Notes: generated by a model not told the origin, from the sequence alone. 64,000 bases of DNA from an uncultured Chromatiaceae bacterium (GCA_945787735.1 CALZIQ010000002.1:5654-69653); one strand, 5' to 3'; counted from the stretch's first letter, positions 41,958 to 51,672 are shown. Made by a program: numbers and translations.

Positions 41958-41961
41958 ATGC

Positions 41962-42046
41962 TGTCGCTGATTGGCGACACGGAAAATCATCTTCTTATCA
42001 ATTGGTTATGTGTAAATCAGGGGTTTCCTGTCGTCAGAGGGCAACA
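41962..42046. promoter_or_regulatory. GlrR-type enhancer sites plus IHF site
   Basis: TGTC-N10-GACA (41962-41979), TGTC-N10-AACA (42029-42046); TATCAA-N4-TTA (41996-42008) fits WATCAANNNNTTR. Confidence 0.75.
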
Positions 42047-42132
42047 GATTAGCCCTGGTTTCCATGCTGTCTTTATGAGTCTTTTCTCTAAAGTACTTTT
42101 AACTCCCTGTTTAATAAGCACTGGCCATTCGG

Positions 42133-42148
42133 TGGCATGACTATTGCT
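42133..42148 (+). promoter_or_regulatory. sigma54 -24/-12 promoter
   Basis: TGGCAT-GACTA-TTGCT, exact GG-N10-GC spacing. Confidence 0.82.
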
Positions 42149-42296
42149 CGTGCTATTGAGCACGGTTGATGGTGTCAGGCTGCTTTGGGCTTCTGTTATC
42201 AATCGGTTGGGGAAATGGCTGCTACTTCCTGCTAAACGATTTTGGTTGGCAGGTATCAAGTGATTTTTTTATTCATATGACAAAGGATTGATCAAA

Positions 42297-43073
42297 TTGG
42301 ATACATTTTCGAACTTGTTTCAGCAGAATTTTGAGATCGTCAAGGCAGTGAGCCCTAGTTTGATTGACGAAGCCTACAAACTGAGATACCAGGTTTACTG
42401 TGAAGAAAAGGGTTATGAAGATGCAACCCGCTACCCAGACGGGCGTGAGATTGATGAATATGACAATCGTGCCGTTCACAGCCTGGTAAGGCATCGCCAT
42501 AGTGGTATTTATGTGGGGGTGGTTAGATTGGTGTTGCCGCAACTTTCCGGTGTCGATTGTATGCTGCCGACAGAAGAGCATTGTGGATTAAACCTGGCAG
42601 AATCCCATCCGCGTTTAGCCAAATTGTCTAGGTATTCGGTTGGTGAGATTTCCCGTTTTTCTGTCTCAAAAGTATTTCGCCGTCGCATCGCAGAAGAAGG
42701 GCTTATCTGGGGTGTATGCCAGGATGGCGAAAGTTACAATTCAAATTTTTTCCCAGGATATGACCGGCGACATTTACCGATGATTACCCTTGGTTTAATT
42801 TCTGCCGTGTTTAGCATGGCTGCCGAGCATGGTCTTGAGTATTGCTACGCGGCAATGGAGCCAACACTGCTAAGGTTGTTAAAGCGTTTTGGTATCAACT
42901 TTCAGGCCCTGTCTATGCCAGTTGACTATCATGGCATGAGGGTGCCTGCGGTTATTCAAGCGAAGGATATATTCAAGGCCATGCATGAACATCCCGAGTT
43001 ACGTGATATTGCCGCAGGATATCTCTCCGGTGATCAGGATGATTATTCCCAAAATCAGCGTGTTGCCGTCTAA
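42297..43073 (+). CDS. GNAT N-acyltransferase (FeeM / PEP-CTERM-exosortase-associated type)
   Basis: AYKLRYQVYCEE.GYE...E.DEYD..A.H.LVRH...VG.VRLV, EISRFSV...RRR, AAMEP.L.RLL...GI, VDYHG.R.P; TTG start at 42297 (or 42288). Confidence 0.85.
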   Translation: MDTFSNLFQQNFEIVKAVSPSLIDEAYKLRYQVYCEEKGYEDATRYPDGREIDEYDNRAVHSLVRHRHSGIYVGVVRLVLPQLSGVDCMLPTEEHCGLNLAESHPRLAKLSRYSVGEISRFSVSKVFRRRIAEEGLIWGVCQDGESYNSNFFPGYDRRHLPMITLGLISAVFSMAAEHGLEYCYAAMEPTLLRLLKRFGINFQALSMPVDYHGMRVPAVIQAKDIFKAMHEHPELRDIAAGYLSGDQDDYSQNQRVAV

Positions 43074-43197
43074 CTAATTGTACCGGCAGCAGCGGGTTGC
43101 TGTCGGTCTGCCTTTTCATGATGGCGCTCAAGTGCGTTATCATTCCAATTCGATTACTATCCCTCTTGCTTGTTGTTAGTTACAAGAGGAATAGCCC

Positions 43198-43983
43198 TTG
43201 GTATCACAAGACCGCAATTTCGATGATCTAAGTCAGCGTTTTGCCCGCAATATCTATGGTAGTGCCAAGGGTGAAATCCGTCTGGCTATTGTGTGGCAAC
43301 ATCTTCTGAAAGCCTTACCCCAGATAAACGCTGATCGTCATTTACGCATTTTGGATGCAGGTTGTGGTTTTGGTCAGATGGGCTTACGTCTTGCCGATCT
43401 TGGACACACCTTAGTGCTGAATGATCTTTCTGAAAATATGTTGTCTGTGGCACGTGAACAATTTTCACAACAACAGCCCCAGGCAAATGTGGATTTCCTG
43501 CATCTGCCTGTACAGGCATTATCAGTCGATGAGTTGGGGCAGTTCGACCTGGTATTGTTTCATGCTGTGTTGGAATGGCTGGCACAGCCAAAACAGACAC
43601 TGAAAAAATTGCTTGGTCTGATCAAGCCCGGTGGACATCTGTCACTCATGTTTTATAACCGCGATGCCTTGGTCTTTCGTAACCTGATTCGTGGAAACTG
43701 GCGCAAGGTGGAGAGTGGTGTGCTGCAGGGTGAGGAAGGTGGTCTCACTCCTTACCACCCGCTAAGCTTGCAAGAGGTTGAAGGCTGGCTGCAAGAGTGG
43801 CGCATGCCCGTGCTGAGTCATGCCGGTGTGCGGGTGATTTATGATTATATGGAAAAGCGACTGCGTGACAGCCGGCCGCTAGAAGAAACTGTGCGAGTCG
43901 AAATGGAATATGCCTGCCAGGAGCCATACCTGCATCTGGGGCGTTACCTGCATGTAGTGACCGAGAAACGCGGAGCTCAGTGA
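43198..43983 (+). CDS. cmoM: tRNA cmo5U34 methyltransferase (CmoM/SmtA)
   Basis: DRNFDD...F..NIYG..KG.IR, LDAGCGFG, FHAVLEW, LSLMFYN, LGRYLH. Confidence 0.88.
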   Translation: MVSQDRNFDDLSQRFARNIYGSAKGEIRLAIVWQHLLKALPQINADRHLRILDAGCGFGQMGLRLADLGHTLVLNDLSENMLSVAREQFSQQQPQANVDFLHLPVQALSVDELGQFDLVLFHAVLEWLAQPKQTLKKLLGLIKPGGHLSLMFYNRDALVFRNLIRGNWRKVESGVLQGEEGGLTPYHPLSLQEVEGWLQEWRMPVLSHAGVRVIYDYMEKRLRDSRPLEETVRVEMEYACQEPYLHLGRYLHVVTEKRGAQ

Positions 43984-44147
43984 TGGGCATGCTATTGGCC
44001 TTGCTGGTGTTTGGTGTAAGTGCGTTTGTTTGCCATCACCTGGCCGGTAAGCGTGGTTTGAAACCCGTATTTTGGGGTGTGCTGGGGTTTCTCTTTGGTC
44101 CCTTGGTGATACTTGTTGTGCTCTTTGCTAAGCCTGCGAAACATTAG
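43983..44147 (+). CDS. 54-aa two-TM membrane protein (not in ORF track)
   Basis: MGMLLALLVFGVSAFVCHHLAGKRGLKPVFWGVLGFLFGPLVILVVLFAKPAKH*; TGATG coupling to the cmoM stop. Confidence 0.7.
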   Translation: MGMLLALLVFGVSAFVCHHLAGKRGLKPVFWGVLGFLFGPLVILVVLFAKPAKH

Positions 44148-44270
44148 CTGGTCGTCGGGTAAAAAATACTGCAAAACGGCATAGCAGATATACTCTGCAT
44201 ACTTCATTGAAATGTTTGGCTCGCTCGAGAAATGGCGCTGGAATGAGGCTTGCGTGATTAATTCTCATGA

Positions 44271-44286
44271 TGTGACTATAGTTACA
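44271..44286. promoter_or_regulatory. CRP/Vfr-like binding site
   Basis: TGTGA-CTATAG-TTACA. Confidence 0.5.
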
Positions 44287-44389
44287 ATAAGACCTTGTCC
44301 CTGATGGACAAATAAATAACAGAGGCTTGGTCTGATTTTGAAATAGGCTACGTTTTTGATGCTAGCAACTCGTATGCTAAGGAGGAAAA

Positions 44390-44704
44390 GTGAAGCGCCT
44401 TGCTTTAATGCTGATTCTCGCAGTTGTCTTTTCACCTCTGGTGGTGCATTCCGCTTCATTGGGTAAATATTCTGACCCCCCTGTACCTGCAAGTCCGGAG
44501 CGATATGTTCAACCCGGGCAGGTTAAGCAACGTCTAAATCAAAAAATGGAGGAGGCTATCGAGCGTCTGAATGCTATGCCGTCAGAGGAAAGAAAAAAAT
44601 GGATTCACTATTATGTGTTGAAAATGCAGGCGGCACAAAAAAAGGGTAACTATCTGGAATCCGGCTACTACAGCGGCATTCTAGCTGGGGTTGGTGTGGA
44701 GTAG
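44390..44704 (+). CDS. Hypothetical secreted helical protein
   Basis: AGGAGG RBS + GTG; signal peptide MKRLALMLILAVVFSPLVVHS. Confidence 0.75.
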   Translation: MKRLALMLILAVVFSPLVVHSASLGKYSDPPVPASPERYVQPGQVKQRLNQKMEEAIERLNAMPSEERKKWIHYYVLKMQAAQKKGNYLESGYYSGILAGVGVE

Positions 44705-44710
44705 GGAGGT

Positions 44711-45202
44711 GTGATGAAAAAGCTGATGTTGATTCTTCTAATGGTGTTGGTCCCTTGTTATGCCATCGCTGATGAAATTGCTGATGCCAACAAGGAGCAT
44801 CAGCTTGCTTTGCCCGATGACCCAGAAGAATTTGCAGATCTTGATTTCGATAATTTAATCAATGATATCGCAGACTCACAAAGCATGATTGACAAGTCGA
44901 AGCAAACGCTTGAACGGATTGAAAATGAGTTCTGGTATGTCATCGTGTTGGCTTGTCTGAGCGTTATTTCGTTATTGATTGTGCTTCACTATTTAAAGCT
45001 CAGGCAGGATGCAGCCCCGAGGGACTTTGTCAGTGCGGCAGGATTGTCGATGATAATTTTTGGCACGATTATTTTAGTGTTGATCGTTGATACCTCAGAA
45101 CAGCTTACTGCTGCCATCGGAATCTTGGGGGCTATTGCGGGTTACCTGTTTCGGACTGCACAAGAAGGTAGCAGGGAGAAAAATTTACAGCAGGAGCCAT
45201 GA
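44711..45202 (+). CDS. Hypothetical membrane protein (signal peptide, acidic helical region, three TMs)
   Basis: GGAGG RBS; hydropathy pattern; last helix AAIGILGAIAGYLF. Confidence 0.78.
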   Translation: MMKKLMLILLMVLVPCYAIADEIADANKEHQLALPDDPEEFADLDFDNLINDIADSQSMIDKSKQTLERIENEFWYVIVLACLSVISLLIVLHYLKLRQDAAPRDFVSAAGLSMIIFGTIILVLIVDTSEQLTAAIGILGAIAGYLFRTAQEGSREKNLQQEP

Positions 45203-45211
45203 CAAAGCTGA

Positions 45212-45667
45212 TCACATTAACGAAATGGGTTTTTCATGTGTGACTGTAGAGTTTTTCGCAAGCAAGGTTTGTCGCTCCAGAATGTCGGCAAGCGTAAACA
45301 CAGACAACACTTCCATAAAGCTGTCGTGAGCGCGGTGCAGCAAATGTTCAAGCACACAGTCTGATTCCAGCATGCAGGTGCTGCCTGTATCAAAGCATTC
45401 CACCAACGCCATGTTTTTCTCGGTCTCTCTCACCACATCGGCGATGAAAATTTTATTGGCTGGAACACCGAGCATGAGTCCACCGCTTCTGCCCCGCGTA
45501 GAGTGAATAAAGCCAGCAACGGACAGCGTATGCACAATCTTCATTAAATGGTTGCGAGAGATGTGGTAGTGGCGGCTGATATCATCAATGGTGACGCGTT
45601 TATCATTATGCTGGCCGAGATAAATCAGTACCCGCAAGGCATAATCGGTAAATTTTGTAAGTTGCAT
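45212..45667 (-). CDS. nsrR: Rrf2-family regulator, NsrR type
   Basis: MQLTKFTDYALRVLIYL, SRNHLMKIV, RGRSGG, VECF...C.....C (three Fe-S Cys). Confidence 0.82.
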   Translation of the reverse strand: MQLTKFTDYALRVLIYLGQHNDKRVTIDDISRHYHISRNHLMKIVHTLSVAGFIHSTRGRSGGLMLGVPANKIFIADVVRETEKNMALVECFDTGSTCMLESDCVLEHLLHRAHDSFMEVLSVFTLADILERQTLLAKNSTVTHEKPISLM

Positions 45668-45708
45668 GCTTGTGTTCTAAACCCCGCTTTAATCGCTTGC
45701 CCTTAGAA

Positions 45709-45727
45709 CATGGATTTAAATTACATT
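45709..45727. promoter_or_regulatory. NsrR-like operator upstream of nsrR
   Basis: cATGGAT-TTAAA-TTACATt vs gATGYAT-N5-ATRCATc. Confidence 0.55.
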
Positions 45728-45847
45728 ATTTCCGTGCCGAGCGAAAGCCACACTAAGCAATATTTTTTTTAAACAGGGAGATGACGCAGTCGCAAAGCTG
45801 CAATAACGCAGTGCAATGCTCATGAATTTTTAATCGATCAGCGTGGA

Positions 45848-46705
45848 TTAGCTGTTGTGCAAACTCTCAGCTACGTAGAGGGTGTTTTGTAACAGGGTGG
45901 CAATGGTCATCGGGCCAACACCGCCAGGCACGGGGGTAATCCAGCTGGCGTTTTGCACAGCGGATTCGAATTCCACATCACCCACCAATTTACCGTTGTC
46001 GAGGCGGTTGATGCCAACATCGATGACAATGGCGCCGGGTTTAATCCAGTCGCCTGGAATGAAGTTGGGTTTACCCACGGCCACCACCACCAGATCAGCA
46101 CGGCGCACATGGCCTTCCAGATTTTTGGTAAAGCGGTGGCAAGTAGTGACGGTGCAGCCAGCCAATAATAACTCTAGCCCCATCGGGCGGCCGACGATGT
46201 TGGAGGCACCCACGATCACCGCTTCCATACCGCGAATATCTTCACCAGTGTGTTCCAGCAGGGTCATCACGCCATAGGGCGTGCAGGGGCGCAGTTGTGG
46301 AATGCGCTGGACCAGGCGGCCGACGTTGTAGGGGTGAAAGCCGTCCACGTCCTTGTCCGGGTGAATGCGATCAACCACCACTTCAGAATCGATATGCTGC
46401 GGCAAGGGCAGTTGCACCAGAATGCCGTCAATCTCATCATCATTGTTGAGTTGGTCGATAATACCCAGGAGTTCCTCTTGAGAGGTCTCTGCCGGAAGGT
46501 CGAAGGATTTGGAGACAAAGCCCACCTCGGCGCAGGACTTGCGCTTGTTTTTGACGTAGACCTGTGAGGCGGCATCTGAACCCACCAGTACCACAGCCAG
46601 CCCCGGGGCTCGTTCGCCCTTGGCAAGACGGTGATCGACGCGCTGTTTGACGTTTTGGCGGACTTCGGCGGCGATGGCCTTGCCATCAATGATCTTGGCT
46701 GTCAT
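45848..46705 (-). CDS. folD: Methylenetetrahydrofolate dehydrogenase/cyclohydrolase
   Basis: [38 protein letters not shown]. Confidence 0.98.
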   Translation of the reverse strand: MTAKIIDGKAIAAEVRQNVKQRVDHRLAKGERAPGLAVVLVGSDAASQVYVKNKRKSCAEVGFVSKSFDLPAETSQEELLGIIDQLNNDDEIDGILVQLPLPQHIDSEVVVDRIHPDKDVDGFHPYNVGRLVQRIPQLRPCTPYGVMTLLEHTGEDIRGMEAVIVGASNIVGRPMGLELLLAGCTVTTCHRFTKNLEGHVRRADLVVVAVGKPNFIPGDWIKPGAIVIDVGINRLDNGKLVGDVEFESAVQNASWITPVPGGVGPMTIATLLQNTLYVAESLHNS

Positions 46706-46905
46706 GGTCGGGTCCAAATTCCCATGCTGGAAAAGCGGCCAAGGATACCAGATATGGCGCGCTGGCTGAACGGGTAACCCCGCCGGTATCAGGTCTATGG
46801 GCCTTGTAGGCGAGAAGTGATATGAAGTTTTGCAAGATGTTCGGGATATTTTTGTGATATTTGGGTCTTAACATGAAGGCGTGTCAAACAAGTCGGAGAA
46901 GTTCA

Positions 46906-47502
46906 ATGCAATTTTCAAAGAATGGAATTTTCCTGTGGGCAGCTATTACGCTGCTGATTTCGCTGCCGGCTCGGGCCGAAGTAGAGAGTGCAATTTTCGC
47001 CGGCGGTTGTTTTTGGTGTGTGGAAAGTGATTTCGACAAGGTCGAAGGTGTGCTTGGCACCACCTCGGGCTACATTGGTGGCCAGTTGAAAAATCCTAGT
47101 TACAAGCAAGTTTCGAGAGGTGGCACCGGTCACACCGAAGCAGTAAAAATTGATTTCAATCCGGAGCAGGTCAGCTATCGTGAATTGGTGGATCATTTTT
47201 GGCGCACCATCGATCCGACGGTGAAAAACCGTCAGTTCTGCGATCACGGCGACCAGTATCGTACCGGTATCTTTTATCTGGATGAGGCGCAGCACAACGC
47301 TGTTCTGGCGTCTAAAGCGGCCGTCGAAAAGAGCAAATCGTTTAAACAGCCTATCGTCACCGAGATCACTCAGGCGAGTGAGTTCTATCCAGCCGAGGAG
47401 TACCACCAGGACTACCACAATAAAAACCCGATTCGCTACAAGTACTATCGATGGAATTGTGGCCGCGATCAGCGCTTGGCTGAATTGTGGGATAAGGGCT
47501 GA
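46906..47502 (+). CDS. msrA: Peptide-methionine (S)-S-oxide reductase with signal peptide
   Basis: FAGGCFWCVE, GHTEAV, FYPAEEYHQDY; N-terminal signal ending A-R-A. Confidence 0.94.
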   Translation: MQFSKNGIFLWAAITLLISLPARAEVESAIFAGGCFWCVESDFDKVEGVLGTTSGYIGGQLKNPSYKQVSRGGTGHTEAVKIDFNPEQVSYRELVDHFWRTIDPTVKNRQFCDHGDQYRTGIFYLDEAQHNAVLASKAAVEKSKSFKQPIVTEITQASEFYPAEEYHQDYHNKNPIRYKYYRWNCGRDQRLAELWDKG

Positions 47503-48708
47503 TTATTCGTGACGCAAGGCTTCGATGGGATCGAGCCTTGCCGCTTTGCGTGCTGGGAAATAACCAAACACTACCCCCACCAGGGCTGAGAACAAAAAGG
47601 CGAGTAAGATAATGCCGCCATCTAGAATCAACGGTACCTTGAGCAGCCCCGCCAGGAATGATGAGGTGGTGAGTGCTAAGAGAATGCCGATGACGCCACC
47701 TACCGAAGACAGCACCACCGCCTCCACCAAAAACTGACGTTGTACATCACGCTCCAGTGCGCCGATAGCCAGACGGATGCCAATCTCGCGCGTGCGTTCG
47801 GTTACCGACACCAGCATGATATTCATGATGCCAATGCCGCCCACCACCAAGCTCACTGCTGCCACCGCGCCCAGCAGTGAGGTCATGACCTCGGTTGTGC
47901 CGGTCATGGTGCGGGCAATCTCTTTCATATCGATAATGCTGAAATCGTCCTCATCACTGGGGCTGATGTGACGTCGCTCGCGCATCAACAGCTGCATATC
48001 TCGTTTTGCCTTGGCAGTGCCGGCCGCTTCATGGGCAGAGAGATAGATGTGACTGATTGCCTGTGAGCCGGAGATCAGGCGCCAGTGGGCGCGTAGCGGC
48101 ATGAGCACAACATCATCTTGATCCGACCCCATGGCCGACTGACCTTTGCTAGCGAGCACGCCGATGACCTGGCAAGCAATTTTACCCAGACGGATGGTTT
48201 CCCCCAACGGGTTCTGATAGCCGAATAACTCACGCCGCAGGGTTTCACCCATCAGACAGACAGGCGCACCGGCACGCTGCTCGCTTTCACTCATTGTGCG
48301 CCCGGCAGCCAGGCTCCAGTTACGCACAGTGAGGTAGTCGTTTTCTATACCGCTGACGCTAGTGGTCCAGTTGTTATTACCATAAACCACGGTGAGTGCC
48401 TTGTTGTTGTAACCCGAGGCGGCGGCGATGGCGGGCAGCTCTTGTCGCAGTGCTTGGGCATCTGCCAGCTCCAGCGGTTTGGCGGCGCCGCGCGAGCCGC
48501 GTACAAAACGCTGGCCGGGACGCAGAATCAACATGTTACTGCCCAGGCTTTCTATCTGGGCGCTGATCTTGGCAGTGGTGCCGTTGCCGATGGTCACCAT
48601 GGTAATGACCGAGGCGACGCCGATGATGATGCCGAGCATGGTCAGGGACGAGCGTAATAAGTTACGCCGGATCTCGCGTAAGGCTAACGTAAGCGTGCTC
48701 CACCACAT
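47503..48708 (-). CDS. MacB/FtsX-family ABC permease
   Basis: RSSLTMLGIIIGV, VGGIGIMNIMLVSVTERTREIGIR, PARKAARLDPIEALRHE. Confidence 0.95.
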   Translation of the reverse strand: MWWSTLTLALREIRRNLLRSSLTMLGIIIGVASVITMVTIGNGTTAKISAQIESLGSNMLILRPGQRFVRGSRGAAKPLELADAQALRQELPAIAAASGYNNKALTVVYGNNNWTTSVSGIENDYLTVRNWSLAAGRTMSESEQRAGAPVCLMGETLRRELFGYQNPLGETIRLGKIACQVIGVLASKGQSAMGSDQDDVVLMPLRAHWRLISGSQAISHIYLSAHEAAGTAKAKRDMQLLMRERRHISPSDEDDFSIIDMKEIARTMTGTTEVMTSLLGAVAAVSLVVGGIGIMNIMLVSVTERTREIGIRLAIGALERDVQRQFLVEAVVLSSVGGVIGILLALTTSSFLAGLLKVPLILDGGIILLAFLFSALVGVVFGYFPARKAARLDPIEALRHE

Positions 48709-49382
48709 CAACTTAGATCCTGTTGAATGGTGCCGTCGAGAAAGTGTACAACGCGTCGGGCGTAGTTTGCGATATCGGCTTCGTGAGTGACCATGATCAC
48801 CGTCAGGCCCCGCTCGCGGTTGAGTGAGGTGAGCAGCTCCATGATTTCGTGACCGCGGGCGCTGTCCAGGTTGCCGGTGGGCTCATCTGCCAGCAGTACT
48901 GCCGGGTTAGTGATCAGGGCGCGGGCGATGGCAACGCGTTGTTGCTGGCCGCCGGAGAGTTCCGCCGGGGTGTGGTGTTCGCGACCTTCCAGACCCACGG
49001 CCGCCAGCGCGGCACGGGCTTGTTCATGACGCTCGCGTTTGGCTGTTTTGCGGTAGACCAAAGGGAGTTCTACGTTTTCCAGTGCCGTGGTGCGTGCCAG
49101 CAGGTTAAAGCCCTGAAAGACAAAACCGATGAAATGACGACGTAGCAGGGCGCGTTGGTTGCGGCTTAAGTCTGCGACGGCCGTGCCCTGAAACAGATAT
49201 TCACCCTGGCTGGGGCTGTCGAGGCAGCCAAGGATGTTCATGCAGGTGGATTTGCCCGAACCGCTCGGGCCCATCATGGCGACGAACTCACCTTCGTTTA
49301 TGGTCAAGTCAACGTTGTGAAGCGCCTGTACACTTGCCGTGCCCTTACCGTAAATTTTGTTCAGTTGGTGTAGCTCAATCAT
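48708..49382 (-). CDS. ABC transporter ATP-binding protein (LolD/MacB type)
   Basis: [38 protein letters not shown]. Confidence 0.96.
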   Translation of the reverse strand: MIELHQLNKIYGKGTASVQALHNVDLTINEGEFVAMMGPSGSGKSTCMNILGCLDSPSQGEYLFQGTAVADLSRNQRALLRRHFIGFVFQGFNLLARTTALENVELPLVYRKTAKRERHEQARAALAAVGLEGREHHTPAELSGGQQQRVAIARALITNPAVLLADEPTGNLDSARGHEIMELLTSLNRERGLTVIMVTHEADIANYARRVVHFLDGTIQQDLS

Positions 49383-50632
49383 CGAGGCCCGCCTGCCACA
49401 TCCACCAGCACAGCCACGCCGGGTTCTAGTTCATCGGAGAGGAGTTGCGTCATGCGGCCATCGCTGGCACCGGTGCTGACTTCGATGACAGCGGGTTGTC
49501 CGTCGCGTTCGACCCAGACCTGTTTGATCTTGCCGTTTCGCGTACCTTGGTTGCGTTGACGTGAGCCCCAGCGGGGGAAGAGCTGGTCCATGAATCCGGT
49601 TTGTTCATTGCTCTGAGATTGCGGTGGCACAAAACGCAGGGCGGCATTGGGGACTAACAATGCATTGTCGATCTGCTGCACGATGATCTCGGCGGTGGCA
49701 GTCATGCCGGGGCGCAATAACATCGCTTCATTATCCAGCGACAAAACGGTTTCATAGCTGACCACGCCGCCTTCAGTCATCGGTGCCAACCGTACCTGTG
49801 TGATCTCAGCCGGAAAGATTTGATCGCTATAAGCATCAACACTAAAGCTGGCCGACTGGCCTTTACGCACCTTGCCGATGTCGGCTTCGTCCACCGCTAC
49901 ACTGAGTTCCATCTGAGTCAGGTTCTCGGCTAGGATGAACAGCACGGGTGCTTGCAGTGAGGCGGCCACTGTCTGGCCAGGTTCGATCTGGCGTTTGAGC
50001 ACAATGCCGTTAATCGGCGAACGAATCACGGCCTTGGCAAGCCGCGTCTGTTCCACATCCAGCGTGGCCTTGGCCTGGGATACTTGAGCCTTGGCGCTGG
50101 CCTGATCGGCATTGGCGCGGGCGAAACCGGCCTGGGCGGCGTCCAGATCCTGAGGTGGGCAGAGCCCCTGTTTTGACAGGGTTTGGCAACGCTTCAGTTT
50201 CAGTTGGGTCTCGAGCACTGTGGCGGCCGCCTGTTCCACTCCTGCTTTAGCCACCTCGAGGGCGGCACGGGCCTGCACTACACGGGCCTGTTGTTCGTCG
50301 GTGTTGAGGCGTGCCAATACTTGGCCTATTTTGACGCGGTCGTTGAAATCTACCAGCACCCTGTCGATGGTGCCTGATATTTCGCTGCCCACTTCAACCT
50401 GGTTAAGCGGTTCCAGGCTGCCGGTAGCGGTAACGGTGACAGTTAGATCGCCGCGACTCACTTCGGCAGTGATGAATTGCAGGGTTTGTTTGTCATTGTT
50501 GCCTGGTAGCATCAGCCAGGTGATGATCACTGCGCCTATGATTAGTATTGCGATGAGCTTGCCGCGACGGCGGGGGCGCTCCTGGGCCATGATCTGTTGG
50601 ATCTCGCCGGTATCTTGTTTGGGGTTGGGCAT
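49379..50632 (-). CDS. MacA-like periplasmic adaptor subunit
   Basis: ATGSLEP...VGSEISG, helical hairpin, IRSPINGIV...GQTVAASLQAP, LRPGMTA. Confidence 0.93.
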   Translation of the reverse strand: MPNPKQDTGEIQQIMAQERPRRRGKLIAILIIGAVIITWLMLPGNNDKQTLQFITAEVSRGDLTVTVTATGSLEPLNQVEVGSEISGTIDRVLVDFNDRVKIGQVLARLNTDEQQARVVQARAALEVAKAGVEQAAATVLETQLKLKRCQTLSKQGLCPPQDLDAAQAGFARANADQASAKAQVSQAKATLDVEQTRLAKAVIRSPINGIVLKRQIEPGQTVAASLQAPVLFILAENLTQMELSVAVDEADIGKVRKGQSASFSVDAYSDQIFPAEITQVRLAPMTEGGVVSYETVLSLDNEAMLLRPGMTATAEIIVQQIDNALLVPNAALRFVPPQSQSNEQTGFMDQLFPRWGSRQRNQGTRNGKIKQVWVERDGQPAVIEVSTGASDGRMTQLLSDELEPGVAVLVDVAGGPR

Positions 50633-50703
50633 GAATTATTCTGCGCTGTGATTTTTGTTTGATGATGAACTATGCGTGGCTGTTGCTCAATATGTTCAAT
50701 GCG

Positions 50704-51558
50704 TTATTGACATGCTTTTATAAACGCCAGCGCCGCATTTGAGAGTGTGCGCTGTGGGTGATGCACAATACCCAGTCTTCGTTCGACCACGATATGTCGG
50801 CCCTGTTCAGGGCGTAATTCTTCTTCGAGCATGTTGTCGGGCAGCAGGCTCCAGCCCAGGCCGACTGAGACCAGCATCTTGATAGTCTCGAGGTAATGGG
50901 TTTCCAGTTTTGTTTCCAGCTGACCGACGGCCAATTTTTTGTCAATCAGCTCGCGCGTGTAGGTACCTCGACCGGGCAAGATGGCGGGGTAACGCGCCAT
51001 GATTTTGGGCGTAATTTTGGTTTGCTTACTTAGGGCATGTTCAGGGCTGGCGGCCAGTACCAGGCGATCGGTCCAGACTTCAATCAACGTTAGCGCTGTG
51101 CTGTTTGGTGGTGGCAGGGTGACGATAGCGAGTTCTAGCTCACCTTGTTCCACAGCGCGGCAGGCCATTTCCGAATCCATAAAACTCAGATCCAATTGCA
51201 CTTTGGCATGCTGCCGGATGAATGTGTGCAGTACCGACGGCAAGCGGTGCAGACTGATGTGGTGGCTGGTGGCCATTTTGAGCGGGCCGCTAATCTCGCC
51301 GCTGAGGTTGTGGATTGCGCGGCGGCTGTCTTCCAGTTCGGTAATGATGCGTCGGGCGTGGCCCTGCAAGGTGCGGCCGGCTTCGGTGAGGCTGATCTGG
51401 CGGCCGATACGATCGAACAGGCGGGTGTCGAGCTGGTTTTCCAGGGCGGCGATGCGTTTGCTCACCGCCGGCTGGGTCAGGTGCAGTGCTTCTGCCGCAC
51501 GCGAAAAGGAGGCGTGCTGGGCAACGGTCAGAAAGGCGTGCAAGTCTTCCGTGTTCAT
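50704..51558 (-). CDS. LysR-family regulator divergent from leuC
   Basis: SFSRAAEALHLTQPAVSKRIAALE HTH. Confidence 0.95.
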   Translation of the reverse strand: MNTEDLHAFLTVAQHASFSRAAEALHLTQPAVSKRIAALENQLDTRLFDRIGRQISLTEAGRTLQGHARRIITELEDSRRAIHNLSGEISGPLKMATSHHISLHRLPSVLHTFIRQHAKVQLDLSFMDSEMACRAVEQGELELAIVTLPPPNSTALTLIEVWTDRLVLAASPEHALSKQTKITPKIMARYPAILPGRGTYTRELIDKKLAVGQLETKLETHYLETIKMLVSVGLGWSLLPDNMLEEELRPEQGRHIVVERRLGIVHHPQRTLSNAALAFIKACQ

Positions 51559-51569
51559 TTCTGAATTCT

Positions 51570-51584
51570 ATTCCAAATTGGAAT
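51570..51584. promoter_or_regulatory. LysR recognition box
   Basis: Palindrome ATTCC-AAATT-GGAAT containing T-N11-A, between lysR and leuC. Confidence 0.7.
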
Positions 51585-51672
51585 GAATTACATGAAAATT
51601 ATGAATTGGAGTTATTTTTCCGCCGGGTCTAAGATGCTACACATTGTAGTGAAATAAAGAAGGAGAATCGCC

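Noticed and set aside
46706-46905. tRNA or ZTP riboswitch next to folD
   Set aside because: No cloverleaf/TTCGA arm and no ZTP consensus recognisable on either strand
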